Positions 37,655 through 47,947 of a stretch of 64,000 nucleotides of DNA are shown here, in pieces (the stretch's first letter is position 1; the number at the start of each line of letters is the position of its first letter). Below the pieces are notes generated by a model that ran no database searches, was not told the DNA's origin, and saw nothing but the letters and a program-made list of their open reading frames with translations. The stretch lies in assembly GCA_002412885.1 (NCBI GenBank), contig DHVX01000042.1:9092-73091 (forward strand), in the 5' to 3' direction. Origin of the DNA: Bacteroidales bacterium UBA5197 (GTDB taxonomy: Bacteria; Bacteroidota; Bacteroidia; Bacteroidales; Lentimicrobiaceae). A program made the position numbers and the translations under genes.

Positions 37655-38440
37655 TTAACCTTCAAATTCAATCAGAACCACATCGTCGATATTCAAGCCG
37701 AGCAGGCTGGCTGCATTTCCTCTGTTTATGGCAATTTCGAGATAGCCGGTTGTGCTGGGAAGCAAGGCAATTTCACCATCCGGAACGTCGCTGTATGCAC
37801 TTCGCAGCTGATTAATCTGATGTTTGCGGCCTTTGATGTTGATCGCGAATTTTCTTTTCATTCCGGTATCTTCAAGCTCGGCAAGGGTAATATTGAGGAA
37901 AACATTTTCGTAATTGTCGATATACATAACCCTACCTGCCAATGTATTGCCGTTTACCTGCGATTTCATGCTGATGAGTGCTTTCAGATCGGTGTGCAGG
38001 TTGCCCAGTTCTTCCAGCTCCCCGCCCTGCGCAAGATGAACGGCGGCTTTCACAAAACGGTCGCGGGTTGAGAAAGTGAAATAACCCGAGTCCTGCGGAA
38101 TTTCAATTTCAACGATTTTGTCGGGAAGTGCATCAAACATCAGGGTAAAAATGCCATTATCAGTGCCGATAAAATAATGTCCCTGATAAAGCAGGGCAAT
38201 GTGAGGGGTTTGTTCTGATTCCTCGGTATTGATGCCAACAATGTGAATGCTGCCTTTCGGGAAACCGGGATAAGCATTGCGAAGGACAAATGAGCCCTGT
38301 TTTACATTGAATGGTGAAATGTTGTGTGAAATATCCACAATTCTGGCTTCGGGCAATTTGCTCAGAATGGCACCCTTCACAGCTCCGACGTAGTGATCGC
38401 GGAGTCCCCAGTCGGAGGTAAGTGTTATTACAGGTGTCAT
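37655..38440 (-). CDS. SAM hydrolase / chlorinase-fluorinase family (DUF62)
   Basis: ITLTSDWG..D.YVGAVKG, VDISH, DNG, YID.YEN, GYLEIAINRGNA. Confidence 0.9.
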   Translation of the reverse strand: MTPVITLTSDWGLRDHYVGAVKGAILSKLPEARIVDISHNISPFNVKQGSFVLRNAYPGFPKGSIHIVGINTEESEQTPHIALLYQGHYFIGTDNGIFTLMFDALPDKIVEIEIPQDSGYFTFSTRDRFVKAAVHLAQGGELEELGNLHTDLKALISMKSQVNGNTLAGRVMYIDNYENVFLNITLAELEDTGMKRKFAINIKGRKHQINQLRSAYSDVPDGEIALLPSTTGYLEIAINRGNAASLLGLNIDDVVLIEFEG

Positions 38441-38706
38441 ATTTGCGGATAGATTGCAGTTGATTAAGTAATGTTTATCATACCTTTATCAGGAAGAAAG
38501 AACCATTGGTTTTGCAAAATTACATTATCCATTCATGAAACCAACTAAGTTTGTGTTTATTGGTGATAAATAATTGGATGAGTAGTGTTTCGATTCGAGA
38601 TGCACTCTCCCCAATCCCCGTGTCCCTCAGTCTCCTGGTCTCCCTGTCTTTTAATCTGTGGTAGCCCGGTCTATTGAATTTCTTAAATTTGCCCCAAAAC
38701 TATATT

Positions 38707-39009
38707 ATGATCAGGCACATTGTTTTTCTTAAAAATCAGGGTTTACTGAACCAGGATGATCATGCTGAAGTTGTCAGAGAAGTAAAATCGCAGCTCGAGC
38801 TTCTCCCGGCAATTATTCCGGGAATTGATTTCTTCGAAGTTCATCATGTGCTTCCAATCGATGCTTTATCTCCCGATCTTGTGATTGTCAGTGAGTTTGC
38901 TGATATGGATGCCCTAAAAGCTTATCTGTTTCATCCGGCTCACCTGGCTTTTGTGGAATGGAATAAAAATAAATGCCCGAAACTTGCTGCTGCCGATAGC
39001 CTTTTTTAA
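38707..39009 (+). CDS. Dabb family (stress-responsive A/B barrel) protein
   Basis: MIRHIVFLK, LPAIIPGI, SEFAD.DAL.AY..HPAH. Confidence 0.8.
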   Translation: MIRHIVFLKNQGLLNQDDHAEVVREVKSQLELLPAIIPGIDFFEVHHVLPIDALSPDLVIVSEFADMDALKAYLFHPAHLAFVEWNKNKCPKLAAADSLF

Positions 39010-39096
39010 TTTTAACGGGTGATTCATGCGACTTATGGATGTATCTTTCGGCAGGGTTTTTGTTGATTTTTGCTCTCTCTATTTTACTTTTCTGTT

Positions 39097-39507
39097 ATGA
39101 AAAAGCTACAATTTCTATTTCTTGCATTTCTCGTTCTTGCCTTGGTTTCTTGTAAACTCGACGGAGAAAATTACTCACGTTATTATGAATTTGTCAACAT
39201 CGATGAGACCATCATACAGGACAGCGCCACTGTTGGCGATACCGTTGGTATTTATGTGCTGGCAGGTGCTCCAAATGGCTGCTGGTCCAATCTGGTTATA
39301 AATTATTATCCCTATAACGACACCATCTATCTTATAAATTCCGTCGGATTTTATGAGTCATACGATGGCATTTGTCCTGAAATATATGTAACGAAGGACA
39401 GTACTTTTAAATTTATTGCCGATACTGCCGGTACTTATATCTTTGCTTCGCAATCGCGCACAAAACCTGCAAAATTTGATACATTGGTTGTTGTGAATCA
39501 GAGGTAA
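39097..39507 (+). CDS. Lipoprotein of unknown function
   Basis: Lipobox LVSC after a hydrophobic signal; two further Cys residues. Confidence 0.75.
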   Translation: MKKLQFLFLAFLVLALVSCKLDGENYSRYYEFVNIDETIIQDSATVGDTVGIYVLAGAPNGCWSNLVINYYPYNDTIYLINSVGFYESYDGICPEIYVTKDSTFKFIADTAGTYIFASQSRTKPAKFDTLVVVNQR

Positions 39508-39563
39508 GTCTGCAGTTTTATACCAATGTTGCTTAGTTGAGATTTAGAAACTGATAATAAATA

Positions 39564-39674
39564 TCCTTCGACTCCGCTCAGGATGACTTCGTATTTGATT
39601 GATAATGAATTTATTAAAATGTAATAACGCTACTACAGCACGAATGTCACACTGAGCGGAGGTCGAAGTGTTTT
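39564..39674 (-). mobile_element. REPIN-like element, family A copy 4
   Basis: TCCTTCGACTCCGCTCAGGATGAC, 56-nt spacer, TGTCACACTGAGCGGAGGTCGAAGTG. Confidence 0.85.
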
Positions 39675-39835
39675 AACGCATAGTCGCAGACATTTATTAA
39701 TAAACGGCACTATCTTTCACACCCTTATTTCACTCCCCTGAAAAATTCATATGTTTATTCAGGGAATTTACTATTTTAGTGACCTTAAACTTTTATAGAT
39801 ATTGCTATTTTGACCACTCAAATTAATCGTCAGGT

Positions 39836-41074
39836 ATGAAAAATGTTGCGGCTCCCATTGCTCCGGGCGGAAGACTTATTTTGCTGGATATTCTCAGAGG
39901 TTTTGCCATTTTTGGGATTTTGATGGTGAATATGAAGTTATTTTTTAGCCCCATCGCCGGCATGTTATTGAAACCTGACGCTGACCTGCCCCTGCTTGTC
40001 CTTCTGCCGGATTTGCTGATAAGATTTCTTTTTGAAGGGAAATTCTACATCATTTTTTCTCTGCTTTTTGGTTATGGATTCTGGATATTTATGAACAAAC
40101 AGCTGGAATCAGGAAGCATTCTGCCAATATTCAGACGCAGACTCTTTGTCTTGCTGATGTTTGGGATTCTCCATATTCTGCTGCTGTGGGCTGGCGATAT
40201 TCTCTTCTTTTACGCACTTTTCGGGTTTATTCTTCTTCTTTTCAGGAAATCATCGAACCGGAAAATTGCCATCTGGGCCATTATTCTGATTCTGATTCCA
40301 CCGATTGTGGTAACCTTCTCTTGGGGTATGCTGGTCCTGGGTGCATCGGTACCTGAAGGGAAAGCTGCAATTGATGCCTCTATGGTCGAAAGCTTTCGGA
40401 CAATTCAGGAACTGATTGAGAGGGCTAATCATATTTACAGCAACGGAAGTTTTTACGAAATTATAAATATCAGGCTTGCTGAATGGCGTATGTTACTGCC
40501 CGCACTGCTCTTCTTTTATCCTGCCGTTCTGGGTGTTTTCCTGTTGGGAATGGTCGCTGCCAGAAAAGGCTTTGCCGAGCCAACTGCCGGTAGTTTGTCT
40601 TTTTACAAACGTGTCTGGATCTGGAGTCTTTTGGTGGGCGTTATTTGTGAAAGCTTTTTTACATATGCATCTCTTTATGCAGACATGATGGCACCCAACG
40701 GGTTTTCTGCACTTGCATCTTTGGCGCATGCAATTGGTGCTCCGGCACTTACCCTGTTTTATATTTCTTCGGTAATCACGCTTTATAAAAAAGGATTTCT
40801 TTGCGGATTATGGAATGCACTGGTGCCGGTCGGGCGAATGGCACTTACCAATTATCTGATGCAGTCTGTAATTTGTACCACAATTTTCTATTCCTATGGA
40901 TTTGGATATTTCGGGAAATTTACAACCCTCGATGGAGTAATTCTGGTTCTTGTAATTTTCGGATTCCAGATATTTTTCAGCAGATACTGGCTTTCCAGAT
41001 TCCGCTTCGGGCCAATGGAATGGCTATGGAGACGGCTGACATATCTCTCGCCACAACCCATGAGGAAGCGGTGA
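39836..41074 (+). CDS. DUF418 (YeiB-like) membrane protein
   Basis: LDILRGFAIFGI, FSLLFG, WAGDIL, GRMALTNYLMQS, GPMEWLWR. Confidence 0.92.
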   Translation: MKNVAAPIAPGGRLILLDILRGFAIFGILMVNMKLFFSPIAGMLLKPDADLPLLVLLPDLLIRFLFEGKFYIIFSLLFGYGFWIFMNKQLESGSILPIFRRRLFVLLMFGILHILLLWAGDILFFYALFGFILLLFRKSSNRKIAIWAIILILIPPIVVTFSWGMLVLGASVPEGKAAIDASMVESFRTIQELIERANHIYSNGSFYEIINIRLAEWRMLLPALLFFYPAVLGVFLLGMVAARKGFAEPTAGSLSFYKRVWIWSLLVGVICESFFTYASLYADMMAPNGFSALASLAHAIGAPALTLFYISSVITLYKKGFLCGLWNALVPVGRMALTNYLMQSVICTTIFYSYGFGYFGKFTTLDGVILVLVIFGFQIFFSRYWLSRFRFGPMEWLWRRLTYLSPQPMRKR

Positions 41075-41175
41075 GCGGTTGATTATTTTGTGAAAAAATG
41101 CATCAATCCTTCATTCACTGATATTTCGTATTTTTGGTGAAAAGAAAGTTTCTTCCAACACTTTAACAGATTTTT

Positions 41176-43779
41176 ATGAAAACGAATTTCTCCCGGGTAT
41201 TTCCCATTCTGTTTCCCTTACTGATATTGTCTGTTTTTGCTCTTTTCGTGCAACAAAGCAACAACCATAATGATAAACATGAGAATTTCATGCTCAAGCG
41301 CACCGGGCTTGAAAAGGAACCCGGCTATCTTCCTAGCGATTGGCTTTCAAGGCAAAGGGCTTATCCTCATGGGAGGATAAAGTCAGAATACTTTTTGAAA
41401 GCTGTTCGCGACGCACAGGCAATGCACAGCAATGCAACGCGCAGCAGTTATACCTGGGAATTGGCCGGACCCTTGAACATAGGAGGCCGGATAACTGACA
41501 TTGAAGTTCCGGCAGGCTCATTTTCAACCATATATGTGGGCGCCGCATCCGGTGGAATATTCAAAACGATTGACTCAGGAAATTCATGGGTAAATATTTT
41601 CAATGATGCAGCCACCATTTCTATCGGAGACCTTGCTGTTGGAACCACAAATACAAACCTGATTTATGCCGGCACCGGAGAAGCCAATGCTTCAAGCCAA
41701 AGTTTCAGAGGCGATGGAATCTACAAATCAACCGATGGCGGTGACTCCTGGACACATTCAGGGCTTGATGAAACCGCTTACTTTGGCCGTATTATTATAG
41801 ATTATGAGAATGAGGAAAGGGTATTTGCTGCGGCATGTGGCAATTTGTTTTCACCGGATGAGCACCGCGGAATCTACAGAACCACCGATGGCGGCTCAAG
41901 CTGGGAGCAGGTGCTGTTTATCAGCGATTCAACTTCCGGAATTGATCTGGTGCAGCATCCCACCAATCCAGATATTCTTTACGCAGCTATGTGGGAACGT
42001 ATGCGCGGGTTAAATTACCGCCGCTCTTTCGGCCAGACCTCAGGCATATGGAAAACCATTGATGGCGGAGATACCTGGACGGAATTACTCACCGGTTTGC
42101 CAAAAGGAAACGATGTTGGACGCATCGGGCTTGCACTTTCTCCTTCAGATCCTTCCCGCCTTTATGCTTTTTACGACAACCGTTCTGAAGTGGCAGTTTA
42201 CCGCACAAACAATAGCGGAAACAATTGGTCGAGAACCAACGACAATGCCGTACAGGGAATGAATAGTTCATTTGGCTGGTATTTTGGGCAGGTCAGGGTT
42301 CACCCGCAGATACCCGATATCATCTACCTGCTGGGTGTTGATCTTTTCCATTCTACCGACGGCGGAAACACTTATATCCAACTTGCCGGATATTACAATA
42401 TGGAAGAAATTCATGTTGACCATCATGCCATGTACATCCACCCTGTCACCGGCAGAATAATAGAAGGCAATGACGGAGGATTATATTTCAGTGATGATCT
42501 GGGAAACAGCTGGACATGGATCAACAATATTCCGATAACTCAGTTTTATGATATAGAAATCGATTATCTGAATCCTCAGCGAATTTACGGTGGTACTCAG
42601 GACAATAATACAATAAAAACCGCCACCGGAAATCTTGATGACTGGTATCCTATCCTTGGCGGAGATGGTTTCTATTCTTTGGTCGATTATACCCGATCCA
42701 ATGTGGTTTATGCTGAATATCAGTGGGGAATGCTTCATAAGTCAACAAATTCAGGAAACTCGATGAATTATATCGCGGGCTATTGGGAAAGCGATAGAGT
42801 GAACTGGTCGGCACCGGTAATTATGCATCCAACCGAACCGAATACCTTGTATTTCGGAACTTACAGGATATGGAAAACTACCAATGGCGGAAGCTCATGG
42901 AATGCTGTAAGTCAGGATCTTACCAATGGTGACGATGGAAGTACTTTTCACACCATTGCTACACTTGGAATATCATCGGTTGATCCCAACATTGTGCTTG
43001 CAGGCACCGATGATGGCCGGGTACATATCAGTGTAAACGGAGGGCTTCTCTGGAATGACATCAGTACCGGTTTGCCCGACAGGTGGATAACCCGCGTGGC
43101 GGCTGATCCTTTTGACGCAAACACCATTTTTGCTACCTGCTCCGGTTTCAGGTGGGATGAACCTTTGGCACATGTTTACCGGTCAACAAACCTGGGACAA
43201 ACCTGGCAACCGATCAGTGCGAATCTTCCTGAAATTCCGGTGAATGCTTTTGTAGCTGATCCTACAAAACCAGGAAGATACTTTATTGGCACAGATGCCG
43301 GTGTTTTTATGACCAAAGATTACGGCGCAAGCTGGGAAAGCATGAATATGGGTCTGGGTAATGTTCCCGTTACTGCCATGAAGATTCACGATACTGAGCA
43401 AATGCTGGTAATCGGAACTTATGGTTTGTCGGCCTACCGCCTCGATCTTACTGAACTGAGTGTAGATGTTTCAAGTGTTGCAGCGCCTTCTTCAGGGCTA
43501 ACATTTGCAGCCATTTATCCCTCACCGGCAATAGCAGGACAGGTTGGTGAAGTATGGCTCAGCATAGGATCTTCATCTGCAAATCAGGCAGGTTTCAGTC
43601 TTACTGATGCATCGGGCAGATTAATAACCACAGCATCAGGCATCAATCTGAAGGCCGGCATCAATTCGCTGAATCTCAGTCAGGTGTTTGGCAGTTTGCC
43701 TGCTCTCAGAAAAGGATACTATTTTATCAGGGTTTACTCAGGTAATCAGTCGGCTGTAAAACGATTGCTGATTGTGTGA
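41176..43779 (+). CDS. T9SS-secreted VPS10/BNR beta-propeller protein (glycosyl hydrolase-like)
   Basis: GPLNIGGRI, GTGEAN, S.DGG.SW repeats, HVDHHA, GGTQDN, GGDGF; C-terminal IYPSP..GYYFI CTD. Confidence 0.85.
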   Translation: MKTNFSRVFPILFPLLILSVFALFVQQSNNHNDKHENFMLKRTGLEKEPGYLPSDWLSRQRAYPHGRIKSEYFLKAVRDAQAMHSNATRSSYTWELAGPLNIGGRITDIEVPAGSFSTIYVGAASGGIFKTIDSGNSWVNIFNDAATISIGDLAVGTTNTNLIYAGTGEANASSQSFRGDGIYKSTDGGDSWTHSGLDETAYFGRIIIDYENEERVFAAACGNLFSPDEHRGIYRTTDGGSSWEQVLFISDSTSGIDLVQHPTNPDILYAAMWERMRGLNYRRSFGQTSGIWKTIDGGDTWTELLTGLPKGNDVGRIGLALSPSDPSRLYAFYDNRSEVAVYRTNNSGNNWSRTNDNAVQGMNSSFGWYFGQVRVHPQIPDIIYLLGVDLFHSTDGGNTYIQLAGYYNMEEIHVDHHAMYIHPVTGRIIEGNDGGLYFSDDLGNSWTWINNIPITQFYDIEIDYLNPQRIYGGTQDNNTIKTATGNLDDWYPILGGDGFYSLVDYTRSNVVYAEYQWGMLHKSTNSGNSMNYIAGYWESDRVNWSAPVIMHPTEPNTLYFGTYRIWKTTNGGSSWNAVSQDLTNGDDGSTFHTIATLGISSVDPNIVLAGTDDGRVHISVNGGLLWNDISTGLPDRWITRVAADPFDANTIFATCSGFRWDEPLAHVYRSTNLGQTWQPISANLPEIPVNAFVADPTKPGRYFIGTDAGVFMTKDYGASWESMNMGLGNVPVTAMKIHDTEQMLVIGTYGLSAYRLDLTELSVDVSSVAAPSSGLTFAAIYPSPAIAGQVGEVWLSIGSSSANQAGFSLTDASGRLITTASGINLKAGINSLNLSQVFGSLPALRKGYYFIRVYSGNQSAVKRLLIV

Positions 43780-43841
43780 AACTGATCTTTTGTGTTGGGT
43801 AAAAGGACGAATAACGCGTTGATGATTTTGCTCTAAAAATA

Positions 43842-43876
43842 CATGATAATCTGAAATTTGATTTCAGATTATCATG
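43842..43876. terminator. Perfect 16-bp-arm hairpin between convergent genes
   Basis: CATGATAATCTGAAAT-ttg-ATTTCAGATTATCATG; T-rich tail on the minus strand. Confidence 0.6.
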
Positions 43877-43896
43877 ATAAAAAGTAAAGCCTTGAT

Positions 43897-46155
43897 TTAC
43901 AATTCAGGTTTGGCGCTGGTTTCAAAATCTCTGCTTGATTTCAGCAGGTTAACTGTGAAGAGAGACAAATTCTTAATTTCGGCCAGTATGTTAAGGTAGA
44001 GGATGCTGTTCCTTGTTCCGGTTTCAGAATTTTTAATCCTTTTTACCTGTTTTTTACGGGTTTCTTCCACAATGCGTTGGATATTCTGCTGGCGGTTGAT
44101 GATCAAGTCGAAATCCTCATAGTTCTTTTTGCTCAACATGCTTTTTATTTCGGTAAATAGCAGCGATACCTCACCATTAAGCCTCGAAAGCTCTTCAATC
44201 TGCACAGGAACCAGTGGTTTATGGTTGTTCTCAACATGCTCAACACTTGGAAGTGTAATGTATGAAATGCAATGATTAATCTCGCGGAGGTAGTCAATGG
44301 CCTGTACATAAAAATGACCCGATTCAATGGAGTCTTCTCTGAGGTGAGAAAGCGTTGAGCTGATGTGATTCTTTAATCGTTTGGTGGAAGTGTTAAGTTG
44401 CTCAACCTGCGTTTTGGCATTTTTGAGCATTTTTCTGTCCTCGTCCATTAAGCCCATCAATGCTTCATTAAAGATTTCAAGGCTTTGTTCAAGTACCCGC
44501 TGAATGGTTGAGGAGCATTTTACGATAATGGTTTCAGTACTGAGTTCGTCAGGTAAAGCGTCCAATAGAGCATCGGCCTTTTTTTCGTTGGATCTGCGCA
44601 TGTGGATGATGTGTGTTCTGTAAATCAGAAATCCGGCAACGGAAATAAGGCCAATAGTTGCAACCATACCACCATAATAGAGAATAACAGCAGCAACAAG
44701 TGAAACTGTAAATGCGGCCATTGCGGTGAAAAACCATCCGCCAATTACCGAAAGAACGCCGGTAATGCGATACACAGCACTCTCGCGACCCCAAGCCTTA
44801 TCGGAAAGGGATGTTCCCATGGCAACCATAAAAGTTACATAGGTAGTTGAAAGCGGCAGTTTTAATGAAGTTCCCAGCGCTATGAGCATACTTGCAACCA
44901 CAAGATTAACACTGGCTCTTAGCATATCAAATGCTGCGCCTTCGGGCATTTGTTTTTGCGTGGTTTGATCTGGCGGGCTGAAACGTTTGTCAATCCACAG
45001 ACTCACATTGTCGGGCAAAAAGCGATCGAAGGTTGAAGACATATTGATGGCACCCCTGACGAGATTCCGCGAAAGTATGGATGAATTGAAACGTTCAGAC
45101 CCTTCACTCTGGCGGCTGAGGTCAACGGATGTTTCAATAACCGAACGCGCTTTTTTCGATGTCCAGAGCGTAAAAGCCATGACAATTCCGGCAATCAAAA
45201 GCATCCAGGTTTCAGTTTTTACATCATCGGCAAGGCCCGTCATAAGAAATGTTGTCGGGTCAGCTCCGGGTGAAGCCAGCAGCAGCTGGTAAGCTTTTAA
45301 TCCGGCAAGTGGTACTCCGATAAAGTTGACAAGGTCATTACCTGCAAAAGCCATGGCCAGCGCAAATGTTCCTGCAAGCACAATAACTTTAAGAACGTTC
45401 AGGCGGAAAAGCAGCATCAAAATCTGAAGAAGCACAGTCCATATTGCAAAACACGCCAATAGAATGGAAGTGGTGTGAGAGTTGATGAATTCAAGATTTT
45501 CAGGTGTGATAAAGGATGCGCCTTTAGCTCCTTTGATAATCATAAAGTATGTAATTCCGGTAATGGCCAGACCTCCCCATATTGCTCCGTAATACTTAAG
45601 GTTGTAGCGTATGTTGAACGTAAAAAGTAAACGTGTAATGTACTGAACAAGCGCTCCCACACTGAAAGCGACCACCACCGACACCAGGATTCCTGTAATA
45701 ATGGCCAGGGCTTTGGCGGAATTGATGTATTGACCAATGTCCTGAATGGTTTGTTCTGAACCGGAAATTTTTATTAAAGCTACAGCAACAGATGCTCCCA
45801 GCAATTCGAAAACTATAGAAACTGTGGTGGATGTCGGAAGTCCGAATGTATTAAAAGTGTCGAGCAGGATTACATCGGTAATCATAACAGCCATAAATAT
45901 GATTATGACTTCATTAAAGCTGAATTGTCCGGGAAAGAATAGCCCTTTTCGTGCAATTTCCATCAGACCGCTTGAGAATGTCGCTCCAACCAGAACACCT
46001 ATACTGGCGACAATCATAACCGTTTTGAAAGAAGCGGCTTTGGCACCAACCGCAGAATTTAAAAAATTCACAGCGTCGTTTGCAACTCCAACCATCAGGT
46101 CAGAAAAAGCCAATATAAAAAGGACTATGACAAAGATCAGATAAACACTTTCCAT
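43897..46155 (-). CDS. PiT-family inorganic phosphate transporter with helical PhoU-like C-terminus
   Basis: GVANDAVN, GLPTSTT, AGNDLVN, LPLSTTY. Confidence 0.88.
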   Translation of the reverse strand: MESVYLIFVIVLFILAFSDLMVGVANDAVNFLNSAVGAKAASFKTVMIVASIGVLVGATFSSGLMEIARKGLFFPGQFSFNEVIIIFMAVMITDVILLDTFNTFGLPTSTTVSIVFELLGASVAVALIKISGSEQTIQDIGQYINSAKALAIITGILVSVVVAFSVGALVQYITRLLFTFNIRYNLKYYGAIWGGLAITGITYFMIIKGAKGASFITPENLEFINSHTTSILLACFAIWTVLLQILMLLFRLNVLKVIVLAGTFALAMAFAGNDLVNFIGVPLAGLKAYQLLLASPGADPTTFLMTGLADDVKTETWMLLIAGIVMAFTLWTSKKARSVIETSVDLSRQSEGSERFNSSILSRNLVRGAINMSSTFDRFLPDNVSLWIDKRFSPPDQTTQKQMPEGAAFDMLRASVNLVVASMLIALGTSLKLPLSTTYVTFMVAMGTSLSDKAWGRESAVYRITGVLSVIGGWFFTAMAAFTVSLVAAVILYYGGMVATIGLISVAGFLIYRTHIIHMRRSNEKKADALLDALPDELSTETIIVKCSSTIQRVLEQSLEIFNEALMGLMDEDRKMLKNAKTQVEQLNTSTKRLKNHISSTLSHLREDSIESGHFYVQAIDYLREINHCISYITLPSVEHVENNHKPLVPVQIEELSRLNGEVSLLFTEIKSMLSKKNYEDFDLIINRQQNIQRIVEETRKKQVKRIKNSETGTRNSILYLNILAEIKNLSLFTVNLLKSSRDFETSAKPEL

Positions 46156-46218
46156 CGAGGAATTCAGATTTGAAATGACCGCAAAATTACGGAGGCATGA
46201 ACTATGTATCGGTGTTTC

Positions 46219-46238
46219 AATGTTAAGTTAATGTTAAA
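46219..46238 (-). promoter_or_regulatory. Pho-box-like direct repeat (TTAACA-N5-TTAACA)
   Basis: Minus strand TTAACAttaacTTAACA with 11-bp period, upstream of -7 box TAATTTTG (46182-46189). Confidence 0.6.
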
Positions 46239-46249
46239 TCAAGCTACAC

Positions 46250-47947
46250 TTATTTTATATTGCTGGCAATAGCCTGATTTACATTAATCACATGATCCGC
46301 AAGTTTTTCACACTGATTCAGCAGTTCAGCGTAAAATGAAGCATGTTTGTATTGGTATTCACCAGCCTCGAGTCTGAGTTTGTTTGATTGTATAAGTTTG
46401 TCTCTCAGCTCATTCACTTTTAATTCGTGTTCAGTGGCTTTGGCGAGGATGCCCGGCCTGTAATCACCCGCCAGATTCTCATTCATGGTATTAAGGCTTT
46501 CCTTTACCAGATTGAAGAGTTCAAACAAATCGTCTCTCATTTCCTGGGTAAACCATGCGCTGGCTTCATTTTTTCTTCTGATGGTTCTTTCCATTTGCAG
46601 ACACTGGTCGGCAATGCTTTCCAGATCATCAGTAATTTTCAGCATAGCTCTTACCTTTCTTGAATTGGCTTCTGAAAGATCATTTTCGGCTATTCTGGTG
46701 ATGTAATCGGTTATTTCACGATCCAGTTCATCGGCTTGTTCTTCACTTTTATAAAGCCTTTTTTGAATTTTCTCGGATTTCTGTTCTCTTTTTTCTATCA
46801 GGTATTCTGGTATCAGGTTGAACATGTAAGCTACATGCCGGCCAAAATATGAAATCTGTTCATGGGCCTGAAGGATGTCAACTTCGTTGATAGCCATAAA
46901 TCTCGACTTGAAATATCTGAGCTTGAAGCTCTTCTTTTCGTTGGGTCGCAGCGGAATGATGATTTCAAGCAAATGTTTTATCGATGGAATAAACCAAACC
47001 AGAATAAGCGTGTTCAGAACATTAAAGCCTGTGTGAAAAATCGAAAGTCCGAGCGGCACGATTGCTTCGCTTTCAATAGGCGAATTGCCGGTTATGTAAT
47101 CGGCTAAATTGTAGGAAATTCCGACCAGAAACCTGAAAAACAAGAGAGCCCATATTATGCCGGTAAGATTAAACAAGGTATGACTGAAAGCAAGGCGTTT
47201 TGCCGATCGGTTGGCAACAATGGCGGCAATATTGGCTGTAACGGTAGTTCCCAGATTTTCGCCAAGTATCATTGCCGCAGCTGCATCGTAACCAATGTAT
47301 CCGTTGTGACACATCACAAAAGTAAGTGCAATGGTTGCACTGGACGATTGTATCAGCAGTGTGATGAGAAATCCTGCAGCTGCAAAAAGTAAGTAGCTGC
47401 CTGTTCCCTGGCTGCTGATGGATGTAATAAAAGCTACAATGGGCGAGTTCTCGTCGATTCCCGGCAGGGAATTTTTCATAAACTGCAGCCCCAGAAAAAG
47501 AATTGAAAATCCGATCAGAAACTCGCCCAATGACTTGTTTCTGGCTCCCGGTAAAAAAAGGAACGGCAAGGCCAATCCCAAAACAGGCAATAGTATGGTG
47601 GTAAATTCGAACTTGAAGCCAAACAGTGTGATCAACCAGGCAGTAACGGTTGTTCCCATATTGGCTCCCATCATAATTCCAATAGCCTGAGAGAGAGAAA
47701 GTAGTCCGGCATTAACAAAACTTACCAGCATTACTGTTACTGCCGATGATGATTGAATAACACCGGTTACTACAACACCTGCAGTTATTGCTTTTAGCCT
47801 GTTGGAGGCAATGCTGGAAAATATGTTTCTCAGGCGATTGCCCGAAATCCTTTGCAGACTCTCACTCATCAGCTTCATGCCAAATAAGAAAAGCATGAGC
47901 GAACCAAGAATCGTTAATATATTTATGATGCTGCTGAAACTGACCAT
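46250..47947 (-). CDS. Na/Pi cotransporter family protein with PhoU domains
   Basis: Two QSSSA repeats, GANMGTT/GENLGTT, DLESIAD, EKLADH. Confidence 0.93.
   Translation of the reverse strand: MVSFSSIINILTILGSLMLFLFGMKLMSESLQRISGNRLRNIFSSIASNRLKAITAGVVVTGVIQSSSAVTVMLVSFVNAGLLSLSQAIGIMMGANMGTTVTAWLITLFGFKFEFTTILLPVLGLALPFLFLPGARNKSLGEFLIGFSILFLGLQFMKNSLPGIDENSPIVAFITSISSQGTGSYLLFAAAGFLITLLIQSSSATIALTFVMCHNGYIGYDAAAAMILGENLGTTVTANIAAIVANRSAKRLAFSHTLFNLTGIIWALLFFRFLVGISYNLADYITGNSPIESEAIVPLGLSIFHTGFNVLNTLILVWFIPSIKHLLEIIIPLRPNEKKSFKLRYFKSRFMAINEVDILQAHEQISYFGRHVAYMFNLIPEYLIEKREQKSEKIQKRLYKSEEQADELDREITDYITRIAENDLSEANSRKVRAMLKITDDLESIADQCLQMERTIRRKNEASAWFTQEMRDDLFELFNLVKESLNTMNENLAGDYRPGILAKATEHELKVNELRDKLIQSNKLRLEAGEYQYKHASFYAELLNQCEKLADHVINVNQAIASNIK

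Noticed and set aside
38605..38658. Pyrimidine-rich tract with a period of about 8 nt
   Set aside because: Highly degenerate, about five units, no associated structure.
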